This document shows positions 1-11,757 of a stretch of DNA of 64,000 nucleotides, piece by piece. Within the stretch, counting starts at the first letter, position 1. Every line of letters begins with the position of its first letter. Below the pieces are notes generated by a model. It was not told the DNA's origin, did not search any database, and saw nothing but the letters and a program-made list of their open reading frames with translations. This DNA comes from Podarcis liolepis (taxonomy: Eukaryota): assembly GCA_965112155.1 (NCBI GenBank), contig OZ218099.1; one strand, given 5' to 3'. The translations under genes and the position numbers were made by a program.

Positions 1-132
1 TTGGAACCACACAGCGTCTCTGGTAGAAGAGGATGTAAGCACCACGAGTGCTGACTTCATCCTCCAAGACAGGTTCCACAGTGCTGTCATCATAGCTGTA
101 CCAATGCCCATCCAAGGTGTTGCGACAGTAGG
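1..132 (-). CDS. USP43: USP43 exon (~13, cut by window edge): (A)YCRNTLDGHWYSYDDSTVEPVLEDEVSTRGAYILFYQRRCVVP, Asp box
   Basis: ctgtccccag acceptor; W..YDDS and AYILFY USP motifs; phase matches the previous exon. Confidence 0.96.
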
Positions 133-1023
133 CTGGGGACAGAGTAGACAACCGCATTAACAGAGACACTGGCTGGTGGGACTGAACTTCCTCCAAACGT
201 GTGGTTTATATTGAAGCTGCTGAGAGAGATCCAGACCAATCCTAATGATTATTCTCAGATGGAGGGCTTCAAATGCATCTATTGCAGGCATGGGGAACCA
301 TTGACCCTTTTAGATTTTGATGAACTACAACTTCCGTCATCCCTGACGATTGGCCATGTTTTCTGGGGTGGGAGTTGTAGTTCAGCAACATCTGGAGGGC
401 CAAAGGGTTCACTAGAGAGAGGAAAAGTTGCTGGACAGTGGGATAATTTTCTAGCATGTGATCAGGCCAAGCAGGTAGTCTGCAAACAGAACTGGAGCTT
501 CACATTTATTTCCTGCTTGAGAAACATACTTGTATCCACATGCCTGTGATTGTCTCACACAGAGACATTTGTTGTCATGGATAGTATTCAGCATCCTAAG
601 AATCTCAGGCCTGGATTCAACCACCAGCACAAGGGCTGTTCTGCTAGTGTAAGGATTAATATAAAGCTTGTGCAATTCAAAATGCAGTCCAATAGTTGTG
701 CAAGTAGAAGCTTGTTGTGCACCAGGAAGTATCAGGACTACAGTAGTTCTCTCTTGCACAACCAGGGATGGTTTTCTATGCCTTTTCTTGCACTAGCATC
801 TGCTAGTGCAAACTAGTGCACTGCTAAGCGACTTTAAATTAGCATGACATTGAATTCCTCCCACAGCCTTGGTTTTCTTTTTTTCAAAAGAGATTTCTAG
901 TTTTCTAACTCTGAAGATAAACCTGAACACATCTGGGAGAAATGAGATAAGAGGTGCTTCCTGGGAGCGAGATCTGAGCACCTTTCTCCTGCCCCACAAT
1001 TAGCAGAAACAAAATGAAATATA

Positions 1024-1490
1024 CCGTATTGGCCCAAATATACACCACACTTTTTTTCCAAATTCCGACCATGAAAAGTTAAAGTGCGGCTTAAATTCAC
1101 AACCTTACAAAAACTGGCTTTTACGTTATCGCTACTTAAACAGACATATGGTAAAAAGGGGGGGAGTTTTACTGCCAATTTGCGAGCTTGAGACTATTGT
1201 GCAATTAATTCAAATGTCATTCATCGCTTTCCCTGTATTTTACAGTGCAGTATTGATTTTTTTATTTGCATTTACGGTGCTACGAACAGGTGTTTAACCC
1301 ACTTGCAGGTCCTCTCTAGTACCTGTAGAATTTTCTTCTATATTTGCCATTTATGGGTATGAGTGCCTGTGGAATTTTAAGGGAGCGGCTCATATTCGGG
1401 TACTGTCTTTTTTTCCTTTCCTCCCCTCCCCCCTTGAATTTTAAAGGTGCAGCTTATATTTGGGTGCGGCTTATATCCGGGCCAATATGG
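1024..1490. mobile_element. TA-flanked non-autonomous DNA transposon (Tc1/mariner/pogo-type MITE)
   Basis: TIRs ccgtattggcccaaatata / tatatccgggccaatatgg; TA on both sides; subterminal gtgcggcttat repeats. Confidence 0.8.
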
Positions 1491-1694
1491 TATGCAGAGC
1501 AAAGATCTAAATGAAGATTCATTTAACTATAATAAACAATGCCTCACTGTGCCTCCGATCTCTTTGGGGCTCCCTCGCCCTCACTGACATCCTCTTCAGG
1601 CTCTGGGGAGGGTCTCTTTGAGACCCACAAGGGCTCTCCAGCTTCCTCCTGCCATTTCCGGGTTTGAATTGAACTATTTACTTATTTACTTATT

Positions 1695-1949
1695 GAAGTA
1701 CAGATCCTGAAGCTGAGGCTCCAATACTTTGGCCACCTCATGAGAAGAGAAGACTCCCTGGAAAAGACCCTGATGCTGGGAAAGATGGAGGGCACAAGGA
1801 GAAGGGGACGACAGAGGGCGAGATGGTTGGACAGTGTTCTCGAAGCTACAAACATGAGTCTGGTCAAACTGCGGGAGGCAGTGGAAGACAGGAGTGCCTG
1901 GAGTGCTCTGGTCCATGGGGTCACGAAGAGTCAGACACGACTAAACGAC

Positions 1950-2002
<53 letters not shown>
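1695..2002 (+). mobile_element. BovB (RTE clade) LINE, 5'-truncated 3' end with (CAA)n tail
   Basis: Encodes LKLRLQYFGHLMRREDSLEKTLMLGK...; TSD atttacttatt at 1684-1694 and 2003-2013. Confidence 0.93.
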
Positions 2003-2003
<1 letters not shown>

Positions 2004-2216
2004 TTTACTTATTTCCGAGCACCGCACGTTTATGCATTCACACGTGAGCAAGGGGGCACCTGTATTCATTTTGCAGAATTCACCATTCCTTGGAGCAGGA
2101 TTTTTTTGATCCCCCTTCTCCCACAAATCCCATCAAACTACTCTCCTTAAGCAGCATTTACCCAGAATTATACGGACTCCTGCACTTCCACCACCCACCA
2201 CCAGTGGGGCACTCAC

Positions 2217-2544
2217 CTGTGTAATGGCCGCCCTGCATGCTGCCGTGGTGATTGCAGACGGCATACAGGTCATAGAGGAAGTTGCACTGGCCGCTTTCCA
2301 GGGCGGGGTGTTTCCAGGGGCCCCACTTGCTGCCGCGGTTGCGCTTGGCCACGTGGGGAGCCATGTCAAGCCCGCGGAGGGGGAAGTGCACCAGCGTGGA
2401 GAGCTTGTGGCGCTGCTCGCCCACTTGCCGGAAGCGCTTCAGGTGAATGATGAGGATATCGGGCAGTGTCCATAGGCTGAGCTTCACCATGCCCTGCTGG
2501 AGCACCTGACAGTGAGGGCAGCGCCAGGCATCGTCAGGGGCGAG
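2217..2544 (-). CDS. USP43: USP43 exon (~12): LAPDDAWRCPHC...LIIHLKRF...YDLYAVCNHHGSMQGGHYT, second CxxC and His box
   Basis: catccgcag acceptor, ACAG|gtgagt donor, 328 nt, phase 0 to 1. Confidence 0.97.
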
Positions 2545-2681
2545 CTGCGGATGGGGGGAGGGAGAGAAAGAAAGAGAGAACAGAAAACAGACACCAAGGG
2601 CTTTGTTAGACACTGGAGCACAGATTCAGCAATCACTTGAATGAGAGGGGTGGGTGGCAACACTGCTTGATGGGCATATTC

Positions 2682-3039
2682 TAAAGGTAAAGGTAAAGGG
2701 ACCCCTGACCATTAGGTCCAGTCGTGGCTGACTCTAGGGTTGCAGCACTCATCTCGCTTTATTGGCTGAGGGAGCCGCCGTACAGCTTCCGGGTCATGTG
2801 GCCTGCATGACTAAGCCACTTCTGGCGAACCAGAGCAGTGCACGGAAATTCCGTTTACCTTCCCGCCAGAGCGGTACCTATTTATCTACTTGCACTTTGA
2901 CGTGCTTTCGAACTGCTAGGTTGGCAGGAGCAGGGACTGAGCAACAGGAGCTCACCCCGTGGCGGGGATTTGAACCGCCGACCTTCTGATCGGCAAGTCC
3001 TAAGCTCTGTGGTTTAACCCACAGCCCCACCCGCATCCT
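2682..3039 (-). mobile_element. Sauria SINE, full length
   Basis: Reverse complement of the copy at 4642; tRNA-like head and (ACCTTT)n tail. Confidence 0.92.
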
Positions 3040-3149
3040 CTTCTATGCACCCTTATTAGTCATGTTAAATTTAGGACACCCCTGAACCAAACAGAGTCTG
3101 GGAGAACAAGATGAGCACTCCCATCTCTATTGCTCATGCTGTTGCTGTT

Positions 3150-3715
3150 AATTAAATTTCTATACTGCTGTTCATCCGAGGATCACAGGGCAGTTTACAA
3201 TATGCACAACATAGTAACGAACAAAAACAATCCCCATCCCCTATAGTTTAAAAGACTATACAGTGGTACCTCTAGTTACGAACTTAATTCATTCCAGAGG
3301 TCCGTTCTTAACCTGAAACTGTTCTTAATTAGAGGTGTGCTTTCGCTAATGGGGCCTCTTGCTGCCGCTGCGCCGCCAGCACACGATTTCCGTTCTCATC
3401 CTGGGGCAAAGTTCTCAACTTGAGGTAACTCTTCCAGGTTAGCGGAGTTTGTAACCTGAAGCATTTGTAACCTGAGGCATTTGTAACTCGAGGTACCACT
3501 GTATATAGTTTAATTAGCCAAAGGCTTGGGAGAAGAGGAACCTTTTTGACTGGTGCCTAAGGATATGTAACAGGGGTGCCAGGCGTGCCTCCTTAGAGAG
3601 AGCATTGCAAAAGCAAGGAGCCACTGCAGAAAAGGCCCCGTCCCGTGTTGACGTTCTCTGAACTTCTCATGGAGGAGCCACATAAAGAAGGGGCTCGGAT
3701 GATGATCACAGGGCC
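3150..3715 (-). mobile_element. Older L2 LINE 3' fragment interrupted by the MITE at 3261-3501
   Basis: Minus strand reads gggccttttctgcagtggctcc (RAFSAVAP-like), as in L2 ORF2 ends; boundaries approximate. Confidence 0.6.
3261..3501 (+). mobile_element. TA-flanked MITE, CAGTGGTACCTC TIR family (orientation A)
   Basis: TIR cagtggtacctc...gaggtaccactg; TA TSD; related copies at 7720, 8211, 29885, 41921. Confidence 0.9.
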
Positions 3716-3787
3716 TCCGTTGTTTGCCATCTGCTAGTCAATAGGGAAATACCTGCTTCAGTTGTTTCCATCACAACTGAGTGTCCA

Positions 3788-3950
3788 TGTGGTTTAGGAT
3801 AAACCCTGGGAGACCAGGGTTCAAATCTCCACTCAGCCATGGAGCTCACTGACCTTGGGCCAGTCGCTGCCTCTCAGCCCAACCTACTTCATAGGGTTGT
3901 TGGGAAGATTAAATGAGGATAGGGAGAACTATGTATGCCACCTTGCACAC
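3788..3950 (+). mobile_element. MIR/CORE-like SINE fragment
   Basis: B box ggttcaaatc followed by core-like gaccttgggccagtc...ctctcagc...gggttgttg..agattaaatga. Confidence 0.65.
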
Positions 3951-4014
3951 CTCAGAGATAAAAGCAATAAATGAATGATAAGCAAGCTGAATCCCAGCAC
4001 TCATACGAGGATAC

Positions 4015-4144
4015 CTGTTCCTCCTTGGTGTAGAGCTGGAAGCATTCGTCCAGGGTGCAACTATGCTGCTGCTGGTGGAGCTGCTGTTTCAGCCTCACGC
4101 TTTCTGCATCCTCAACCACTTCTTCCTGGATGTTGCCAAACAAG
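4015..4144 (-). CDS. USP43: USP43 exon (~11): LFGNIQEEVVEDAESVRLKQQLHQQQHSCTLDECFQLYTKEEQ
   Basis: tttttgcag acceptor, CAG|gtatcc donor, 130 nt, phase 2 to 0. Confidence 0.95.
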
Positions 4145-4641
4145 CTGCAAAAATGCAAATGAAGGGGGTCAGCAATGGCTCAGACCTGAGTGTGACTCTA
4201 CTATGAATAGGCAAATGGGTCCACATAATGCACGCATGCCCAAGCCAACCACCTGTTCCTCTCAATTCCCATCCAGAGCTTTAATCCATAATATCTCTGC
4301 CCAGTTGGCCAGAAATTGTGTGAATGGCATGCATCTGCCCTTTGTGTAAACACAGTCTCAATGCATGAGCATGGCGGGGGGGTGCGCACCCTTGGTGAAA
4401 AATGGAAATTAGAGTTGAAGGGCTCTACGGACAGAAGGTAGTGCATTTGGCAAATTGTGCTGATGCGGCAAATGCCCCATTCAGCCCAGTTCAGGGATCT
4501 GTCAATGTGGGGCAAAGAAGATGCAGTGCAGTGCAAACGCCATTTGAATTTCGGGGGGGGGGGGACCGGAGTGAAAGTCCTTTAAGGAGCCACACTTGTG
4601 CCCACCATGATGGCAGGCCAGGGAGATTTAACACAACCTAT

Positions 4642-4994
4642 GGGACGCGGGTGGCGCTGTGGGTTAAACCACAGAGCATAGGACTTGCCGATCAGAAGGT
4701 CGGCAGTTCGAATCCCCACCACGGGGTGAGCTCCCATTGCTTGGTCCCTGCTCCTGCCAACCTAGCAGTTCGAAAGCCCATCAAAGTGCAATTAGATAAA
4801 TAGGTACCGCTCTGGCGGGAAGGTAAACGACATTTCCATGCGCTGCTCTGGTTTGCCAGAAGCGGCTTAGTCATGCTGGCCACATGACCCGGAAGCTGTA
4901 CGCCGGCTCCCTCAGCCTATAAAGCGAGGTGAGAGCCGCAACCCGAGAGTCGGTCACGACTGGACCTAATGGTCCGGGGTCCCTTTACCTTTAC
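4642..4994 (+). mobile_element. Sauria SINE, full length
   Basis: gggacgcgggtggcgctgtgggttaaacc head, B box gttcgaatcc, ccctttacctttac tail ending 17 nt from the exon-10 donor. Confidence 0.93.
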
Positions 4995-5011
4995 TTGCAA
5001 TGCACACTCAC

Positions 5012-5089
5012 CATTCTTTGGTGCTCACATCCCACTCGATCACCAGCTTCACATGTGCGGGACCACCAGGACCACCAAACTGAAGTGCT
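5012..5089 (-). CDS. USP43: USP43 exon (~10): ALQFGGPGGPAHVKLVIEWDVSTKE(C)
   Basis: ttcctgcag acceptor, TG|gtgagt donor, 78 nt, phase 2 to 2; HVKL..EWD motif. Confidence 0.94.
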
Positions 5090-5624
5090 CTGCAGGAAGA
5101 TGGAGCCATTAGATTTATGCTGCAGGCTCCAATGCAAGTAGCCTTGAATGTAATGATTCAGACAGGTGTATCTCAGAAAAAAATGGGGAGTCCAGTTAGC
5201 CCTGGAGAATCTTGGTTCAGAAAGAATAAACCCATCAAAATTAACGAACAGGACTAATGTAGGTCCATTACTTTCAATGGGTCTGCTCTGAGATGAGCTT
5301 AGTTGGAGAAAACCCATGGTTTCAAAGAAGCTTCATTTGGTGTTCCTTTGCTTACTGAGACACTTGTAACAGGGAAAGGGAACAGTGCACCAGGAAGCAT
5401 CTAAGCCTCTGTTACTGCCGTACATTCCATGTCACTTTGACCTGTGGGGCTTGTCTCTGAAGATCCCCAACTCCAAACTGCTTCAGAAGTGTTTGGCAAT
5501 TAATCAGCTCCTGCTTCTGGAATCCTGCTATGGAGGTGTGCCTCCTCAAAAGCCTCATATTGTTGTGTTCATGCTTGTGCAAAGGGCTGCAGTGTGGGCA
5601 TTATGGAGCCAGACCCTAGTTTGC

Positions 5625-5908
5625 ATGAGGTCCTCCTCCAAGGGACTTCTGGCAGTTCCCTCACTGCGAGAAGTGAAGCTACAGGGAACTAGGCAGAGGG
5701 CCTTCTCGGTAGTGGCGCTCGCCCTGTGGAAAACCCTCCCATCAGATGTCAAGGAAATAAACAACTATCTGACTTTTAGAAGACATCTGAAGGCAGCCCT
5801 GTTTAGGAAAGTTTTTAATGTTTGGTGTTTTATTGCTTTTTTATTATTATTACTAATATTCTGTTGGGAGCTATGGGCATAAATAATGGGCGGGGTATAA
5901 ATAATAAG

Positions 5909-5960
<52 letters not shown>
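5625..5960 (+). mobile_element. L2 LINE 3' end with (TTG)n tail
   Basis: Encodes GTRQRAFSVVALALWKTLPSDVKEINNYLTFRRHLKAALF; near-identical copies at 23101 and 56850. Confidence 0.85.
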
Positions 5961-7144
5961 AAACTATGGCCTTTTCCCATTTCTCCAACTCCCTCCCAAA
6001 GTATTTGGAATTCTGTGCATGTCTTTAGTGCTAGGGCTTAGCCCGGGAGGAGCTAGAGTAAGAATGAAGAATTCATCTCTGATCAGGTGCAAAGTGACAT
6101 TGAAAAAAACAACAACACACAGGCAATAATTGCAAATCTGAAATGAAGAACTAGGGTCCCCAGATCAGGGATCATGGCTGCTCGACTCCTTGGCAGGCTT
6201 CAAAACCAGAGCACATCTCTTTCTACAGATTAACCAACGGGAAGCCTCTTTGCCATCACACACAGATCACAGAATTGTAGAGTTGGAAGGGACCCTGAGG
6301 GTCATCTATTTCAACCCCCTGCAATGCAGGAATCAGGTGCCGTGCTGTCACTAGTGTACACCTCTAGCCATCTGACTACTTCCTCATTGCAAAGCCCTGA
6401 GACCCGTTGGTGGGTCTGCTCTTCCCCACAGCAGCCACATTTTTGCTTTAAGATGTTCAGGCGCAGGAGGCCTACTTGCATAGCTAGCAATAGGTTCAAG
6501 TACCTGCAGCCCTAAAGGGCAAGGATAGGGGCAGGCTAGGCTCATCGCTCCAATTCAGAGCCAAAGTTTAACCTTTTATCTTTCCTGCAACAGGCAGCTC
6601 CCAGCCCCCAGCCTTTTGCTGTGGTGTGCCCATACCCAGAGAAGAGATGCTTAGGTTGGGTTCTTGTTTCTTTCCATTTAAACTCCATGCCCCTAACTCC
6701 CCAATGGGGATCCACATGGAAGGCTCTGGGGGCCAGTGAGCAATGCAATTAGCAAGGGTTGTGGCACATACACACGCAGGGTGACAGCAGCCGATTCACT
6801 TCTCTGCTTCCTGGGGACATTATCTGAGCTAACATTATCTTTGACTAGAATCCAGCTAGCAGCGGCAAGGCATTAATAATTCATCGGCCCCTCCGCGATG
6901 GATCGACAGCAATGCACGTCCGGCTGGGCGCTGCCACTTCAGGACTGCCAGGCCTGGTGCGCAGCCTTGGTGCCAGGAGTTTGAAAGCAGGGAAGATGCC
7001 ACGGAAGGAAATTAGCTGCCCACCATCTATTTAGCTGCACCCACCCGGCAGGACCCCAGTTAAAATGGCCACCTGCCCGGTTTGTCAAGTCAAGGAAGGT
7101 AACCAGCACGAAACGGCCACACATAGCTCTGTGCGACACAACAC

Positions 7145-7306
7145 CTCCTTGCAGGCAGAAGGTTCGATCCTCAACAACAGCTCCATGTGGGATTGGGAGA
7201 CACTCCCTGTCTGAAATCCAGGAGAGCTGCTGCTAGCCAGTGTAGGCACTACTAAGCTAGATGGATGCAATGGTCTGACTCAGTATAAGGCAGCTTCCTA
7301 GGTTCT
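7145..7306 (+). mobile_element. tRNA-derived SINE with a ...gtataaggcagcttccta tail
   Basis: Related to the copies at 17620 (+), 20775 (-) and ~12860-13030 (-). Confidence 0.6.
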
Positions 7307-7719
7307 TGCATTTACACAGCCAATAGCAGTGTCCATAGTAGTGACCAGGAGAGAAATGACTGCTGGGAGGAGCACAGAGAGAAGAAACGCCATGTGATTT
7401 AATGGTACAGTGTGTACACAGCTTAGGCTAAACAGGTCTTGGGGCCAACATCAATGCATCAAGTTTAGATCAAATGCATGTTAGAGAGGCGACTTTGGTT
7501 GCTTGTCCCACAACCACAGAAACCCTCTGAGACTTGTCTCAGCATCATCCAGAAGCATTCTTGGAGCTTGTTTATTCTGGATCATGTTTCATATCAGGTG
7601 TGGTGTTTTAACATCCTGCGTCTGTTGTTAAAAGTTTTACCTGAACGTGCCATCAAGCACCAGCACACTGATACCCACTCAGAGAAGAGGGAAGCTTAAG
7701 AATCTAAAGAAATGTAGTA

Positions 7720-8208
7720 CAGTGGTACCTTGGGCTAAGAACTTAATGCGTTCTGGAGGTCCATTCTTAACCTGAAACTGTTCTTAACCTGAGGTACCAC
7801 TTTAGCTCATGAAGCTGAGGCTCCAATACTTTGGCCACCTCATGAGAAGAGAAGACTCCCTGGAAAAGACCCTGATGTTGGGAAAGATGGAGGGCACAAG
7901 GAGAAGGGGACGACAGAGGACGAGATGGTTGGACAGTGTTCTCGAAGCTACCAGCATGAGTCTGACCAAACTGCGGAGGCAGTGGAAGACAGGAGTGCCT
8001 GGCGTGCTCTGGTCCATGGGGTCACGAAGAGTCGGACATGACTAAACAACAACCACCACTTTAGCTAATGGGGCCTCCCACTGCCACTGTGCCATTTGTG
8101 TTCTCATCCTGAAGCAAAGTTCTTAACCTGAGGCAATCTTTCTGGGTTAGTGGAGTCTGTAACCTGAAGCCTTTGTAACCTGAAGTGCTGTAACCCGAGG
8201 CACCACTA
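7720..8208 (+). mobile_element. CAGTGGTACC MITE (orientation A) interrupted by BovB
   Basis: TIRs at both ends; the two halves join once the BovB and one TSD are removed. Confidence 0.88.
7808..8054 (+). mobile_element. BovB 3' fragment nested in a MITE
   Basis: TSD accactttagct at 7796-7807 and 8055-8066. Confidence 0.92.
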
Positions 8209-8210
8209 TA

Positions 8211-8451
8211 CAGTGGTACCTCGAGTTACAAACGCCTCAGGTTACAAACACTTCCGGTTACAAACTCCACTAACCTGGAAGCATTACCTCAAGTTGAGAA
8301 TTTTGCCCCAGGATGAAAACAGAAATCGTGTGCTGGTGGCGCAGCGGCAGCAAGAGGCCCCATTAGTGAAAGCACGCCTCTAGTTAAGAACAGTTTCAGG
8401 TTAAGAACGGACCTCTGGAATGAATTAAGTTCATAACTAGAGGTACCACTG
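8211..8451 (-). mobile_element. CAGTGGTACC MITE (orientation B) sharing a TA with the previous MITE
   Basis: Close reverse complement of 3261-3501; TA at 8209-8210 and 8452-8453. Confidence 0.9.
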
Positions 8452-8667
8452 TAATTCCTTATTACAACAGGGAGCTCTTCTTGGAGCCCAGGAGGGAGGA
8501 AGACGAACAGAGCTTGCTGCATAAAGTTAGGGAAGAAGAAGCTCAGTAAACAGGATCCATGACTAGTGAGAGAACAGAATAGGCAGGTCCTCAGTCCTCT
8601 GCTCTTTTGATTACAGGATCCCTCCAGTCACTTATTTCTAGCAGTATCTCTATGTCTGATCTCTTAC

Positions 8668-8771
8668 CTGTCCACCGCTGGATGATAGAGAGGCCAGCTG
8701 TCCTGGGGAGAGAGGTAGCTGCAAAGCGCAGAGCCGCCAACCACTCGCACCTGGAACAGGCTCGGAGTAGC
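8668..8771 (-). CDS. USP43: USP43 exon (~9): ATPSLFQVRVVGGSALCSYLSPQDSWPLYHPAVD(R)
   Basis: tctttttcag acceptor, AG|gtaaga donor, 104 nt, phase 0 to 2. Confidence 0.94.
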
Positions 8772-11612
8772 CTGAAAAAGACAAAGGAAGGGGAGAGAGA
8801 AGGAGTCAAAGGATCTGCTCTGCCTGGCAAAGACTTCTGATAAATCAGGGGCTCAGGGTGGGGCAAACAAGGGCAAAAACAATGAGGCAGCGGCACTGTG
8901 GGAAGAGCGCTGTGTGGCTAATCTTTTGTGTCGCATATCCTTTGGGAGTACATCTAGGCGTCTCCAGCAGATTTTCAATGAGTACCTTACTACGGAATGG
9001 TTAACACAGTCTGTTTCTGCTGCAAGGAAGTGGGCTGCTGCACCTCTTTAGCAATTGCAGGGAAAACAAGAGTGTTGAATCTGACTATGCTGAGATGACT
9101 GGATAATTCTGTTGTAGTTGTTGAGGCACACATTTCTCTAGTACTCAAACAGTTCACTATGGAGCTCATTTCTCAAAGACTCAAGCGGTTCGCCATGCAA
9201 TAGTATCTCAGCTACAGCCAGTGTGACTACCAGTGTGAGCTATAACCAAATAACACCTGGAGGGCTACAGATCCTCTTCACATCTATTTCTTAGGCTCAC
9301 CCATCCTAAAGTCAGATGTGTGGCTAGTAGACAATAAAACTCAGAGCATCCTTTTGTTCATACTATCAAGGGGGGGGAGGGTTGAAGAAAGAGTGGCAAA
9401 AGAAAGCTTCCTCTAGTTTTCCAGTGCATGCTTATGAGCAGAGCTGTGATTTCCATTTCCAAACAGAAATAGGAGGTGATCAGTATTGTGGACTAATTAA
9501 TCTAACACAAAGAGTGTGAGTCTGATAACGCACTTAAAGTAAATTGCATGTTCACACAGGCAGATGGATCCCATACGACGACGACCATCTCACTTGGCTC
9601 CCGCTCCATCCGAAAATTGCCCTGGTGCCAGTTGCAATTTCCCTGTTGTCATACAAATGGACTCATTTACTCCTCCCTCCCGCTCCATAATGCTGTTTTG
9701 TCATTAAAACCAGAGTATGATTAGCCAGTACATTCCAGATTTCATTATATTTTGTGTCCAGCTCCCTCATCTTCTTGACAGAGAATGTAATGAGACCTGA
9801 TGAGGGGACAAATATGAGTCCATTATCTTGACACTGTTCAGATTATAATCCACCCGCCCCTTGGACAGGTGTCAGAAAGAGTGATGTGCCCCACACCTCA
9901 GCACCGCTTGTATTGGGGATGGGAGCAGGGAGTAACCAGCAACTCTGACCTCCCTCACCTCCTCCCCACCTCATCCCCGGCTTCTGCCAGCAGGAGTTGA
10001 TGTCGCTTCAAAATTAGCTTCATTACATTCCTATCCGCATGGAGCTGAGGAGGCAAGAGCAGACCCCATGTTTATAGATCAGCCAATAAAACTGTACATT
10101 GCCATGAAGAGAATGCCACACTGGAAGTCCAAAAAGCTCAGAAAAAATAGGCAAAGTCTCTGGAGTGAGTACGACAGAGCCCCAATTATCCACCATCTGC
10201 AAGCAGGGTCCAGGGTACCAGAAAAACATGGAGAACATATTTGACAAAGGTCAACTAATCAACATCACAGTTCCAGGAGACAGTATGTTCCAGGCCAGCT
10301 GGTATTTACTGGATTCCTCATTTCCCTAGTGCGAAACGAACAGGACTTCCCACTAAGAGCTCATTCCTCGACATGACAAACATAGGACCCTGGACACACT
10401 GGGGACTAGAAAGGGCAACCTCTCATTGGAACAGGTATCTGCACCCCGTTCCTCCTGTCCAGAAGTTCAAGACTTCACCACCAGCACTGAGCAACAGGTG
10501 GTGTCTGGTCACTTCAAAACATACATTATGCGAACTGGTTAGTTATGTTGTGTAAGACTCTGCTTCTGTTAACCAGGGAGAGAGCCAAATAGTTCTGCAG
10601 GGTGCATGCGCTCTGCCCCCATGCCCACTGAAAATCCTGATCAATTTCTCTCTACTACTCCACCCCAATTTAAGACATTTCACGATATATTGCTGACACG
10701 TTGCTCTCCTTGCAACCATGCAACCTAGAAACTCCAGACAGTCATTTTTAGGAGGAACCCAATAACAAATTTTGCATGGTCATTCTTATTCAGAAAATCA
10801 AATGCCCTTAGCCCTGCCTTTATCTATCTCACTTTTCCTGACATGCTTAAGGATTCCCTCTTTTTTTACTCCCAGTCTCGATATACAGGATAAGAAAAAT
10901 TGCTCTGCTCACATGTCAGTTGCTTCTCACTTTTCTTATGTCTGGTCTTCAAAGCTGCAGGGCAGCAGAGCCACACCCGCCCCCCCCCCCACTTATTTGC
11001 CTCCAAAAGGCTAGCTGGCTCCATTGCCTGCACTTCTATAAATATCCCCCTGGCAGCCATGAAAGCAGCAGAGGGCCACAGAGTTAATTGAATACCTGCA
11101 TGTTTTAATTAAACCGAATTTAATGAAAACAGCTCTTTGGAACCAGGAACCCAGAACAAGCTGCGTTAAGTTACAAGGGGGCTTGTTAGCTCCTGATGTA
11201 GATGGCCTCCTTTTCAGCGGAAACATGCAAAAGATGGCAGAGTGTGGGGTGTAGAACTGAGACCCTGCACTGTACTAGGCAGCCTCTCCTAACATCAGAA
11301 AGGGGCGGTGTGTGAGTGTCACTTTGTGACCAATACCCATTGACAGCTTTTACCTACCATGAACATGCTTAATCCTCTTTTATATATATATGGGTTCCAA
11401 GTGAGCTTTCCAACATTTGCCTTTTCTATTCTCTAAAAAAAAAAAATCAATTAATCAACCAACCAACCAATCAACGCCTGTTACCTAAGTCCATTTTTCT
11501 TGTTTTGCCACAGATCTGCCCAACCCCCCGACTGATTCTTCACCTTATTAAATCCTTTGCTTCCTCAGGAAAGAAGACAACAGCTATTTGAATGAGATAT
11601 GGAAGGCCAGAC

Positions 11613-11757
11613 CTGTGGATAGCTCAGTTGGTAGAGCATGAGGCTCTTAATCTCAGGGTTGTGGGTTTGAGCCCCATGTTGGGTAAAAGGTTTCAGTTGC
11701 AGGTGGTTGGAAGACCCTCATTGCCCCTCGCAACTCTACAATTCCATGATTCTATGA
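11613..11757 (+). mobile_element. tRNA-Lys(CTT)-headed SINE with a CR1-like tail
   Basis: tagctcagttggtagagcatgaggctcttaatctcagggttgtgggtttgagcccc followed by caactctacaattccatgattctatga. Confidence 0.8.

Noticed and set aside
788-811. Short perfect hairpins (also 40560-40586 and 54532-54555)
   Set aside because: Stems of 10-11 bp with no supporting context; likely TE remnants or chance.
1823-2126. Poly-N and poly-C ORFs here, and the poly-Q ORF at 5765-5980
   Set aside because: These are translations of LINE-tail microsatellites.
2217-2544. Assignment to USP31
   Set aside because: LAPDDAWRCPHC is shared, but the QVLQQGMVKL, KLSTLV.FPL and FGPP..REDRA segments fit USP43 as I recall it. Reciprocal BLAST and synteny would confirm.
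11613-11685. tRNA-Lys(CTT) gene
   Set aside because: Acceptor stem and T-arm are degraded and it continues into a CR1-like tail, so it is a SINE head.
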